Of a DNA stretch of 64,000 bases, positions 1-11,716 are shown in pieces. The DNA is taken from NCBI GenBank assembly GCA_010909165.1, contig MU008190.1:186001-250000 (forward strand). Direction: 5' to 3'. The notes beneath the pieces were generated by a model, which saw only the letters and a program-made list of their open reading frames with translations, had not been told where the DNA came from and made no database searches. Origin of the DNA: Anthoceros angustus. Taxonomy: Eukaryota > Plantae > Anthocerotophyta. The position numbers and the translations under genes were made by a program. The stretch's first letter is position 1; every line of letters begins with the position of its first letter.

Positions 1-189
1 TACAATATTACAAACAATGTTGGGCATCCACACATGCTGCAGCATCTGTCTTGTCTAGTTTCAGTGTCTGGTCAAAGCATGGCGTCCCACCCCCGACGTC
101 AAGTCCGTGATGGGAGCTTCCAGCTTGAAGGCCTAGGGCTTGTTTAGCGTTTGTTCTAAAGTATGTCTGAGCAGATCCCATGCATCGTT

Positions 190-705
190 TATCTTTTATA
201 GGATATGCCCGCTGGCAGGGGATGGGGCTTCACGCTCTTTCCAGCTATCCATATCACTACACCCAATTTAATAACAATTGCGTGCCCCCTGCATGCATGT
301 GCAGGTGCGGGCATTCCGGCTTTGAAGCTGGGGAAAGTAGCTTTATGCACAAATCAGAGAACGCGGATATTTGACTGACGCGCATTTAGCCAACAGCTTG
401 GTAAACAGATATGCCAAGTGTGGCAGCGCTTGGAAGATGCTCAGAGAGTGTTTGATGGTGTTAGTCAAAAAGATGTGGTGACAGCACGGATTCACTGCCC
501 TAATTGCAGGACAAAGGGAAGGAAGCCCTTCGTCTTTACCGTGTCCATACAAGAAGACGGCATCTCCGTAACCAACTGTGTGACATTTGTGTGCCTCCTG
601 CAGGCATGTACAAATGTGTGCACCCAAGCTTTGGAAACAGGGAAGCAGCTCCATGTGCAAATTGGATGGAGGACATCAGGTCTGCTTTGTTTGTTGCCCA
701 TTGCC
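190..705 (+). pseudogene. PLS-class PPR gene fragment (frameshifted)
   Basis: Reading across frameshifts gives P/L/S motifs: YAQIRERGYLTDAHLANSLVNRYAKCG / LEDAQRVFDGVSQKDVVT / VTFVCLLQACTN...LETGKQLHVQI. Confidence 0.85.
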
Positions 706-1400
706 AGTAATTTTAGGTTCCGCACTGTGTGTAGAAGCTGGCTTGCTCTGATGTCGTCCAGCTCCTTTTTGAGCGGTCGTGCCCAGGTCCATGATCTCTG
801 CTTACCGGTGGTTTCCAACAAAGAAGAGGTGTAGATTCTCTAGGGCCCTCGGTCTACAAGCTGGACTTGTCCTTCGTCCCTCTGAGTATATCTTGACGGT
901 CTTTGCAGACAAAGGCTTGATCTGCTGTTGTACCTTCCAGAAACACAACAAGGTGGCGTATGTTTGTAATCCCATTTTGAGGCTTTGGAAAGCATTGCGA
1001 GTTTTCCTTACAGGATGAGCGTATTGGGAGTCGTCTCGGTAAATCAACTCGGGGTTGGATTCCTTCCAGTCATTGTGGTTTGTGAGACGGATGAGGATTG
1101 CACTCATTGGGTGTCCATGTGTACTCCTCGGGCGGACTCGTGGAAAACTTTCCGAGGTGATCCCGGGCTCCCTGTTTGGCGGTTCGTACATAGTTACCGG
1201 TGAGGGTGTCTTTGTATTACGTGGATATTGATGACCAGCAAGTTGTTGTGTACAACCTGCTTGATGGGAAACTTGTAAGGAAGTGTGAGATCATGCTTCC
1301 TCTCAATCTTCTGCCGACGGTTTGGCCAACATGTATGCAAAGTGTGGGACCAGGGTGCCTGACCGGAGTACTCACTGCACGGTGTCTGAGTGCATCTTCG
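692..1400 (+). pseudogene. F-box protein fragment (F-box plus F-box-associated beta-propeller-like region), frameshifted
   Basis: LPIASNFRFRTVCRSWLALMSSSSFL matches the plant F-box C-terminal consensus; downstream ILTVFADKGLICC...AYVCNPILRLWKAL matches the typical 'GL.c....V.NP.t..w..L' motif. Several frame changes. Confidence 0.75.
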
Positions 1401-1476
1401 TGTCATCTGCTGGTGGTTTTAACAAGCATTGCCTCGAGGTTCATCGCCGCCCTCTGTCATCAACAACACCTCAGGC

Positions 1477-2000
1477 TCACACACTTTGTGACAACGTCGC
1501 TGCTGAGTCGATTGGATCTGCCGCTGGACTTGAGAAGATGGCCAGGAGATCCGGGTCTGGGGAAGTCTTCACTCTGAGCAACATCTCTTTCACCTTCTTC
1601 AAGGTGGGCCTGTGAGAGGGAGTCTCTTGGGTGCAAATGATGGCTACGCTGAGTGTGGAGGCGATCTCCTGAGCCTCAGGCCCTAAGTATTGCATGGCCG
1701 TGCGCAGCCCGTCCTCCAGCACCACATCGATGCTGTCGCTATTCTTGAGCATGTCCCTCACCCAGTGCACCAGATCCATCCTCCTGAAAGCTGGGATCTG
1801 CAGGCCGCTTGCCCGTCAGAAGTTCCAGCAACACAGTCCCGTAGCTGTAGACATCACTCTTGTCCACCACATTCAGTGTGTAACCACCCACCACCAAGGT
1901 TTTCAAACAACTGGTACTGAAAGCAAGTGTACAGTGTATCATTGGTTTTCCTCAAGGAGGTAGGTGGAACTCACCAGGGGCGATGTAGCTCACAGACGGC
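1477..2000 (-). pseudogene. Receptor-like kinase C-terminal fragment (subdomains VIII-XI)
   Basis: SYIAP|GTGAG intron, then [20 protein letters not shown], a frameshift near 1785, and DLVHWVR...AIICTQETPSHRPTLKKVKEML. No HRD/DFG region upstream. Confidence 0.85.
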
Positions 2001-2199
2001 GCATTAGTAAATGCTTGAATATTTTGTAAGTGCCCTCCGGGGATATGGCAGCATTGCAGAAAAGGAGGAGTACAGCTCGTGGCAGCCGTAATGTAAATGT
2101 ACAGTTCTTGCAGAAGGAAAGCAAATCCATGCTGGAGTTCGGGAAGGAGGTTTTGAATCCAACATGTTTGTTGGAAGCACTCTGGTTGGTATGAATGCC

Positions 2200-2440
2200 A
2201 TGATTGGAGGATATGCCGAGGTGGACCAAGGAGACAAAGCTTTGCGGTCTGAGGCGGATGCAAAGGGAGGCTGCGAGCCCGTCTTGTGAACATTCACAGG
2301 CGGTGTTCAACCGGTTGCCCAGGCACGGTGTGGTTTCATGGACAGCCACCTTCCAGGTGTTTGAGCAGATGCAGAAGGAGGGCGTGAGGCCGGATGCGCG
2401 AACCTTGGTCAGTGCTCCCCATGCATGTGGCACCACTGGA
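2200..2440 (+). pseudogene. PPR fragment
   Basis: QAVFNRLPRHGVVSWTA...FEQMQKEGVRPDARTLVSAPHACG is a truncated PPR motif pair. Confidence 0.75.
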
Positions 2441-2544
2441 GATAAAGAAGAAATTGTCATCCGAGGATGGGCAGAGTGTGAAGCTGGACTATCTTCAACA
2501 GGGAAGAGACGTACACGTGGAAGCTGCAAACCTGGGTTTGAAGG

Positions 2545-2870
2545 CATGGGGAGGCATGCTCATTTGTGCATGAAGCTGCTTTCCCATCTTCAACGCTGGG
2601 GTGTCCACACACTTGCACACGCCTGCAGGAGGCAAACGAATGTCACAGAATTGGGTGCAGCTAAGTTTCTTCTTGCATAACGCTATAAAGCTCAGCATTC
2701 TCTAGGCTCCCGCACGTGGCATGCATGTCTACCGAACTGCTAGCTACAAACACATGAGCTTGAAGCCCTCGCTCTCCAGTCTAATTTGTTGATAGATCGC
2801 CCTCCCTTGCTCCCTATCCGTATTGCCAACCCTTGCACACGCCTGCAGGAGGGACCCAAATGTCACACTC
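2545..2870 (-). pseudogene. Two short PPR fragments, opposite orientation to those at 190-705 and 2200-2440
   Basis: Minus strand gives VTFVCLLQACASV...LKMGKQLHAQM, closely similar to 580-660. A second partial copy lies at ~2832-2868. Confidence 0.7.
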
Positions 2871-3249
2871 GTGGAATGTTTGTAAGCTTCCCTGTTGGTT
2901 TCTTCGTCCTCTTAAACCTGCCGTATTTGCTCTGACTTGCTTCTCGCTGTTGGTCTCATACAACCACAGTGCCCTGTTGATGCGATGCCATCCTGAGACA
3001 AAGCTAGACTACATTTCATGAGCATCAGTCAAAGCGGGAAATCCACATCATGCATCGGATGCCTGACTCCGCACAATGTACGGCCTCCGCGCTTTCTTCC
3101 TTGTGTACCTAAATAAAATAAGTGGCAGCAGACAGAGAGGCAGCATCCCGGCGCTGATTGCTCCGCTCCCCGATTTCCACACATACTTGTCTCGTAGCGG
3201 GCGCCATCACATTAGCTCAGCAGGCAGCAAGGGAGCTCCGTCTTGGGCG

Positions 3250-4452
3250 ATGGCGGACGCCGCCGCGGCCGAAGATGTGCAGGTGGGAGCCGCAAGATTT
3301 AGAGAGCGAGTTCCCCTGGGAACGGGCCCGCAGCTCCCACCCCTCAGGGACTACACGGAGGCGCCGCGTGTGGCCCTAATCGATCCCGCCGAGCTCGCGT
3401 CTTGGGGCCTCTGGCGGGCCGCCATCACCGAGTTCGTGGCCACCCTCGTCTTCCTCTACCTCGCCGTGAACACCATCATCGGCCACCTCGCGGCAGGAGG
3501 CGGGCCGGGCGGGGCGGGATCCGCGCCATCGCACAGGCGTTGAGCCATCTTCGTGCTCGTCTACTCCACCGCTGGCATCTCGGGTCTGACGTTTGTTGTG
3601 CTGGGTGGTGATGATGGCACGAAATGCTTGCGACCGCTCACATTTGTGATTGCGGTCTTGCAGGTGGGCACCTCAATCCGGCAGTGACGTTCGCCTTCCT
3701 GCTGGCCAGGAAGGTGTCGCTCCCCAGATTCCTCATCTACGCAGTGGCGCAGTGTTCGGGAGCCGTGGCGGGGGTGGGGTTGGTGAAGGGATGGCAGTCC
3801 GCGTTCTTCGACCGATACGGCGCGGGGGCCGCCAACATGGTGATGCACGGGTACACCAAGGCGACGGGGCTGGGAGCCGAGATCGTGGGCACCTTCGTCC
3901 TCGTCCACACCGTGCTCTCGGCCACCGACGCCAAGAGGAATGCGCGTGATTCTCACGTTCCGGTATGAACATGAACCGGATTCAGGACCGAGTGGTGTCG
4001 ATTATCGTTGGGTCATGTTGGGTCACGCTGAATTCAGTTCTGACCAGCTTCCGATGCGCTGCACGGTAGATTCTCGCGCCCTTGCCTATCGGATTCGCGG
4101 TGTTTTTGGTGATTCTTGCCACGCTTCCGATCACCGGGACGGGAATCAACCCTGCCAGGAGCTTCGGAGTTGCCGCCGTCGTGGACCACGCGCAAGTCTG
4201 GCGTGATCATGTGAGTGAGCCATTTCGTTGAATGCATTGGTACAGGCCTGCTTGAATGCGGCTGGCCATGGCTCGCTTTTGACAAAAATGTTTGTTTGTA
4301 GCGTGCTCGATTTATACGGGCACCAGCAGGCTCCATCTTGTTGGCTCATGATGGTATCCGGGCTTGTTTGCGATGGGTGTTACGGGTCGGGCGTTTATCG
4401 GTGCTTTGCCTTGGCGGCGACCTACCACGACACAGTAATCCGCGCCCGTTGA
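3250..4452 (+). pseudogene. PIP1: PIP1-like plasma membrane aquaporin, 4 exons, disrupted as assembled
   Basis: PIP1-type N-terminus (EDVQVGAARFRERVPLGT...DYTE), GHLNPAVT and [12 protein letters not shown] boxes, and loop [11 protein letters not shown]. Two compensating indels enclose a stop at 3541-3543; the last exon has frameshifts and lacks an AG acceptor (~4370). Confidence 0.85.
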
Positions 4453-4963
4453 GCTTGAACTGCGGTCGACACGTCTAGCCTGGCCCTGCAACTTCCTTGT
4501 GAGCAGCACGGCGCCCCTACAAGATCAACGCACAGCGTCACAATGTACAGGCGCAATGCGCATGCCATTCACCTCTGCACTCTGCTCAGCTCCTGGATGC
4601 TCCAGAAAGTAGATTGCCTAGGAAGGATGCCGCTTCACCTACCATGGAATATGATAAAAGGTTCTATGTATAGATGTGTACTAAACCATCACTGCCAGCA
4701 CTGGCAGCGAAGACCGGGACGCTCCACATTGTTTAGGTCACGGCAGTTATTATATCCAGCGTAAACCCACCACGTTCGAGGGGAACGTTTGACCGGAGTC
4801 TTGCCAGGCAGCAACTCGTGCTGACAAACGCCTACATATGTACTTTCCTGCTTGTCAGTGCTTCACTGCTTGAGTGACCTTTGATATTCTTTCCGTGCCA
4901 CTTCCCACGCAAAAACGTTCCAGGGGTCCATCGCAAAAAACGTCTCGAACACATGCTGAACCC

Positions 4964-5044
4964 TACAAGGGTGTCGGAGTGGTTATGGGGCATGACTGAA
5001 AAGCATCAGGGTTCTCGGGACAGGTTCGAATCCTGCCATCCACG
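4964..5044 (+). pseudogene. Degenerate tRNA-Ser-like sequence (pseudo-tRNA or SINE head)
   Basis: A-box-like GTGTCGGAGTGG, CATGA-CT-GAA-AA arm, long variable arm and perfect B-box GGTTCGAATCC resemble plant tRNA-Ser(AGA). The 5' acceptor strand and anticodon stem do not pair. Confidence 0.6.
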
Positions 5045-5374
5045 AAAAAACAAACGCTGCCAGCAAGTTCAAGTTCAAGTCTCATCTCACAATTTGGCAA
5101 GGTGACCTTGCCTTTAATTGAGAATATTTTATTTACATTATATTTTCTTCAGTGCTAGCATATTATTATGAAGAAAGAGAAAGAAGGAGGATAGATCTTA
5201 TATAATAGCAAACTAGGTAGTAACAAATGTGGGTAGTACCGAGTCCTATTGAAGACTAAAAAAAGATATGGTGAAAAATGATATATCTTATAGTTTCATT
5301 TTGGATAGTTAGCTGAAAAATGAAAGCTGTAGCTATATTCCACAGTCGGGATTCGGGGTCGTGTAGGTCATAGC

Positions 5375-6216
5375 TATGGAATACCGATCTCGTCAGAAGC
5401 CCTTTAGGGTTTTTTTCGATGGTGACAAAAGTTTTCCGCCGCATCGGAAAACTCTGATGTCACACACTTGACGACATCGGCGGCGCCCTCGTGTCCGATC
5501 TCGTCACTAAGCTATGGTGTGTGTGTGAAGATTCTTTTTAGGTTTCGACACACAAGGTTTTCTTTTTTAGGGCTGTCAGGGCATGGGCCATCGCACATCC
5601 ATTGGCATGACCTCATGTGCCCGTCAGTTTGCCATAAGGAAACCGTCACCAGGCCTTTATGGCAGATAGCGTGGAGGAGCCATCGGGCGAGTGCCGCGCC
5701 TTCCAGCGTCTGAGGCCTTTGTGGTGATAGCCTAGAGGCGCCGCCTCGCCTCGCGTGCAGCTTTCCGCCATCCCAGCGTCGTGCGATTGCATTTGGCAGC
5801 CATACAGGCCAAAAGGACTGAACACACCGGATCGAGCATGTTCGAGGCTAACATCCGGGGCCACGCGACGGTGAAAGGGAAAGCCGTCTTGAGCGACTAG
5901 CATGCCCAGTCGGGGCTTCCACCGGGGCCGAGACATGTCCGATCCGATATATATGTCCATATGTGGTGCAGAAAAACCTAAACATGAATATGTGTGTTTG
6001 ACATAAACCCTAAATGGCAGAAAGAAAAGTGGATGACGAGATCGGAACACGAGGGGGCAAGATCTGAGACAAAAAAACTTTGTGGCGCCTACGGCCCGTC
6101 GTCCGCTGATGTGGCGCGTATGTGATGAAGGAATCTTGAAGATGCGCAGTGTAGAATACCGGAAGAAAAAAACTTGTCACACATACCCGGCTTAGTGACG
6201 AGATCGGTATTCCATA
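5375..6216. mobile_element. Non-autonomous TIR DNA transposon (MITE), IS3EU-like termini
   Basis: Perfect 21-bp TIR TATGGAATACCGATCTCGTCA / TGACGAGATCGGTATTCCATA; exact 6-bp TSD CATAGC (5369-5374, 6217-6222); internal copies of the CGATCTCGTCA motif near 5497 and 6034; no transposase. Confidence 0.9.
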
Positions 6217-6760
6217 CATAGCCAGGTGTCTAATAGTTCAAACCATTTGGATTTGGGAGAAAACCAAGTATATAACCCAATCATCTAGACATCATGGATC
6301 AAGAATCCAAGACCTAAAACTTGATAGGTTCTACATATCTCTGTTCCTATTTACCCAGATATATATGCTACCCAGGTACATGTACGTACGTGGTATTTTT
6401 CCCCGGGATGGACATTTGAAAACTACATACCGTATGTAAATTCGCTATAAAAGAATCGATACATGTAAACCGGGATAATAAACGATGCATGTAAACCAGG
6501 ATATGCACATATGTTGCTCTCACCAACTTCTGCGTGCGGGTGACGAGGGCCGTGGGTACAGTTTCAAAAGCGTGGGAGTGTGAGCTGCCTGTTCATGCTA
6601 CTGAGCTGCAGTACTCTTGCAGACTGGATGTGAAGGTGTAGGTGGCATCAAGGCCAGCTGCAGCTCTTATCAAGGCTATGACTACCGTAGGGGCAATAAC
6701 TTCAGACGTGGTATGGCGTTAGTGAGAAACGGAAAGAACAATGCTAGCTCCTTGATCAGG

Positions 6761-6769
6761 AAACCCTAA
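6761..6769 (+). promoter_or_regulatory. Telo-box (AAACCCTAA) in the probable PARP 5' leader
   Basis: Exact motif about 200 bp upstream of the ATG, before a probable 5'-UTR intron ending at AG 6939. Confidence 0.4.
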
Positions 6770-6960
6770 GTACTGGGAACGGACGACCTAGTCTTGGCTG
6801 AGGACGGGCTACACTTGGAGCGCAAGAATTCAGGGCAAAGAAGGTCGGGGGGAAGGTGGTCTGACTGCAGCACGCAAGAGGGATTGAGATATACCCACTG
6901 AAGAACTCGCGAATATAACAGATGCTTGTCCTGTTGTAGGTCGCTTCCCGCAGAACCGCG

Positions 6961-9900
6961 ATGGATGACGAGGAGGGAGTGGAAAAGCTGCCCGTGGAGG
7001 ACCCAGTCCACGCTGAAAAGCCGGATGGTGGTGCAGTTCTATCTGCTGATGAAGGCAGAGGCCATGCAGCTTCCACTGGTACAGGTGCTGATGGTCCCCA
7101 TTTAATTGACAATGCGAAGAGCTCCCGTTCCACTTGCAAGGGCTGTAGTCAAAAGATCGAAAAAGGGGAGGTATATGCTCTCAACATCCTGCAGAACGTT
7201 TTTGTGCCACCACGGTTAGCATCGTACTTACTTCCAGTTCTTACTTTGCAGGTCCGTGTTTCAAGTATGGTGCCATCAGAGAGTCTAAAGTTTAGGGGGA
7301 AGATACCAGCCTGGAGGCACGTTAAATGCTTCCTTGAAGCGGGCTGGCTGGTGACTCCTTTAGAAGAACTCCAGGGCTGGGATACTTTGACAGCTGACGA
7401 TCAAAATATGGTTCAGGACCTTGCAAAACCATTCTTGATAAACCTAGTGGCAGGTACTATTGTGTAGCTCTTTGTCCTTGATGGTTCCTAAGGGCGGATG
7501 TCTGTAGTGCTTGCTTCGTTGTCCTTTGAGAGCAAGATTTGAAACGCTGATTCTGACCTCAGCTTATGGCTCTCTAGAAGGCAGTAAAAAACGGAAGGCG
7601 AGTGCTGTTGATGAAAAGACAAGCGCAGGTGGCGAACTGGTGGAAAAACGGGCTAGAAAGGAAGGGGGAGAAGATGCATCTGTGAAAAATGGAAAAGTAA
7701 CTGAGAGTACTGCTGCTGTGGTGCCGAAGAAAAAAGGGAGGCCAAGGAAGGTTGTTGTAGAGAAAGTGGATGACCCTGTGGACAGATTGCCTGTAGACCC
7801 TGAACTTGAGAAGAAGTTGGACAAGCAAAAGAAAGCAATAGGGGCTATCATGGACAACTTGCAGAAGCATGTTACCATGGTGGAGATGAAAAAGATGCTG
7901 GCTGCCAATTATCAAGATGCTATTGGGTCTGAAAACGACCTCAGAGAACGTTGGTAAGTCATTTGGTGGGTGTGTTATGTTCAACTCAGTGCAGGTGATG
8001 CATACTAATTGTCATCGACTTGTTCCTCCAGTGCTGATGGCATGATGTTTGGAGTCTTGGACAAGTGCCCCATGTGTTCAAGTCCAGTGGAATACCAAGG
8101 AGGGCCTTACAAGTGTAAAGGCTTTAGGTCACCCCATCCCAAGTGCAGCTACGCAACTTTTGCACCTGCTCGTCTTAGAGGCAGATGGCAGATTCCAGAG
8201 GGCACCACCAATGAGTTTCTACTTCAGGTGCGCACACAAAGCTCCATATTTGCAAAGTAACACATGTATCATCGCTTTCAATCTTCTGAGAATCAGTTGT
8301 GTTTCACTGTCTTCAGTGGTATAAAAGTCGAAAAGTAAAGGCAGAAAGACTGTACCTGCCTTCATCTCCAAAACAGGAGGCTAAAATTCTAGGAAAGCCA
8401 GACTCTACCACACCATCTCTTGATGGGCCGTTGGCAGGCGTAATGGTCACCATACTTGGTCGGCTGTCTCAATCTCAAGTGTGTGGCCCTCACCTCTCAC
8501 ATGGTGCCCTCCCGTGTGCTTGGTGTTCTGCCGTGCTCTTGGCTTTGAAGTTGCAATGTATGAAGTTGCGGGCCCACTGGGCAAGAGAATCTGATGTCTG
8601 CTTGCCATATCTGAACAGGCGAAGTGGAAGGAGCTTATTGAGGGAGCTGGAGGTCGTTTAGTTTCAGCAATAACTTCTGGTTGGTGTATGCATGGAGCTT
8701 ATGTGCTCTTAACTGATTCACTGTGTCCTTCCATCCTGAGGCTGTCTAAGGCAGCAGTTTTTTGTTCCCTGGTGTTGATTTGATTGTGCTGTGCCTTGCA
8801 GATACAAAGTATGTCATAGCAAGTGAAAGTGATCTTGAGAAGCATGAAGATAAACTGCAGCAGGCTCAGTGAGTGTTTTTAGTTCTTTCCTTGTGTTCTG
8901 TCTCGCAAGACTGAACCTTTTTTTACTGTGGCTCCTCTACCCTAAGGTGGGGTTGTGTTGGGTGACTCTCCCTTGGCTTCATAACTCATGAATATAATCT
9001 CAGGAATCTGAAAATCCCGGTGTTGCGAGAGGCATTCTTGACGGACTGCTTGGAACAGAAGAATGGGATCTCGTACGAGCCATACATTATTGAGGTGAAG
9101 TCTGATACAACTGTGGTGAAGGTGAAGATGCAAGAAAGGAGTGCTGTGCACGAGGATTCTGGTCTGCAAGACAAAGGTCATATCCTGGAAGATGGGAAAA
9201 CAATCTATAATATGACTTTGAATAAATGTGACAAGTCTGGCAAAAACAGGTGGACCCTTCAACCCTTATGCTTCTTTGCCTCTGACCACAAACAGCAATT
9301 CCTGGTTCAGGCATCACATCTGACCTAATCTGGTGTACACCATTGCCATCTCTTGTGGCAGCTATTATATCTTGCAGATTATTGAGGAAGACGGCAGTAA
9401 TATGCATACCTTGTTTCGCAAGTGGGGACGAGTGGGAAGCAGAAAAAGCAAGAAGTCAGAGAAGTTCTCTAGACCTACTGCTATCAATGAGTTCAAGCGG
9501 CTTTTTCTAGAGAAGACTGGGAATGAATGGGAGTCATGGGAGAAGAAAGAAAAATTTGAGAAGCAGTCTGGCAAATATTACCCTGCTGAAATTGTATTGT
9601 CCTGTTGCCGAAGAGCCTTGTGATTGACCACAAGCTTGTTGAACTTGCTGAGGGTGTTTATTTAGTTTTCAATCAAGAGTGCTAGTATTGCCCTGTTTGA
9701 CATGCTGGTTTACCTCCGCCAACAAATGTATTTGCTTATACGGCGGGGTTCGAATGATGTAGGATGACAGTATGGATCATGATGCTCCAAGTGAAGAGCC
9801 TGTGGTAGGTTCTAGGAGTAAGCTGGATTTTCAACTCTTGAATCTTATGAAGCTCTTGTTTGACGTGAAGAGATACAGGTGATTTAAAATCTGTGCAACT

Positions 9901-11716
9901 CCTTAACATTTTGCTGAAGCATAAATGTTGTGGCAAGACCTGTTTTTGTTTCACTCTCTGAGCATATTGGTTTGACAGGGCCACAATGTTGGAGTATGAA
10001 ATCAAAGCTGATGAGATGCCGTTTGAAAAGCTGAGCAAACTTCACATAGAGCAAGGTTTTTCAACACCCTTGCACCATTTGAATAGCTTTGTATGGAACA
10101 AGTTCAATTGTGAGTTCTGCTCCTTACTTCTGCTGTCCTTGCCAATCAGGTTTCGCAGCACTGACAGAGATACAAGGTCATCTAGTCTCTGACAGTCTAT
10201 CTGCTGAGCAGAAAAAAACTGCCTTGATGGAGGCTAGCAACCGATTCTTTGCCCTCATTCCAGCTACTAAACCCCACACAATTGACACCGAGGACGAGGT
10301 TAGGTCCAAGGTAAAATCATAGTTACGAAGATGCTCCATGGTGCTGCAAGTATGTCACGACGCATGTGGTTTGATATGTTTGAGACCTTTGCAGGCTGAG
10401 ATGTTGGAGGCTCTCAGAGATATGGAAGTAGTCTCCAACTTCATTGGTGCGAGGGAAGAAATACCTGGAGAGGACCCTCTTGACACCCACTACAAGCGGC
10501 TCTGTTGCGACATTGCACCTTTGCCACAAAATAGTGCAGAGTATAGGCTTGTGAAGAAGTACTTGGAGAGAACAAATGCTAACAAGGTAGTAACCTTTTC
10601 TGTCGAAGCAGTTGTACCCTTCAGTTTGGAAGCCTTTCTAATTGAGCTTGAACTATGACCTCTCAGGAGTGGGTGCTGGAGCTGGAGGATGTGTTTGTTG
10701 TCAACAGAGACGGTGAAGCTGAGAAGTTCGAACCATTCAAGAAGAAGATGAAAAACCACATGCTTCTTTGGCATGGTGCTTATCATAAGTTTTGCACCCT
10801 TGTTTCGTGGAATTATGTTGTCTCTCTCATGTGGATTCACAGGACCTGGTGGATCTAGTTAGGTGTTATTGGCTTCGGTGGATGTTCTGGAGTTTCAAGT
10901 TCACCTGATTCAGTTGTGGTCACTGCTGTATGCAGGTTCTCGGACTACAAGTTATGTTAGTATCCTTAGTCAAGGACTCCGCATTGCTCCACAGGAAGCT
11001 CCTGTTGCTGGTTACATGGTATACAGATTTGATGTTTCCCAATTTTATGTGTTTGTCCGGCCATGGTGCGAGGGAACGGATAGTTACGACTCTATGTTTG
11101 TTGCAGTTTGGCAAAGGAGTATATTTTTCAGATCTCGTGAGCAAGTGCGCTGAGAGTTGCCATCCAAGCAGGAATGACCCCACGTGTCTAATGCTAGTGT
11201 GTGAGGTAGCTCTTGGAAAGGTGCATGAGCTGAAGAGTCCTCAGGTGAGCCGGTGCTTGAACTTGTACCCCAACTCTCAGAACTTGTATGTAGCTCTACG
11301 TAATGTGCATCAGTAGAGGTGAGCCAGTGTGCAGTTCTTGTTTCCCGATCGTCAAAATTTGTGGATGAACCAAAATACTTTCTGGTTATTTCAGCATATC
11401 GAGAAGCCTCCAAGGGGTATGAATTCCACAAAAGGTATCGGCAGCACAAAGCCAAATGAGTCGGAGTTTGAGAAGTTCCGAGGCAATGTCACGGTGCCCT
11501 GTGGAAGGCCAGTACCTTCAGGAGTGCAAGGCACCGACCTTCTGTACAATGAATATGTCATCTATGATCCAGCGCAGGTGAGATCCACTGCTCCCAGTTA
11601 CTTAGTCCCTTGCAGGTGGTCATTGTTGCGTCCCATGTTGTGATAAGTGCGGCTGGATTGTTGGCAAGCAGGTGAAAGCACGTTTCTTGCTAAGGGTTCG
11701 GCTCAAATACAAATAG
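6961..11716 (+). CDS. PARP1: Poly(ADP-ribose) polymerase, PARP1-like (single zf-PARP, AT-hook, PADR1/Zn3, BRCT, WGR, regulatory and catalytic domains); ~18 coding exons
   Basis: Exons joined by GT-AG introns stay in frame: [17 protein letters not shown]; CADGMMFG..CPMC; BRCT; LFRKWGRVG; LWHGSR; GYMFGKGVYF; [10 protein letters not shown]; ends ...VRLKYK* at TAG 11714-11716. Confidence 0.95.
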
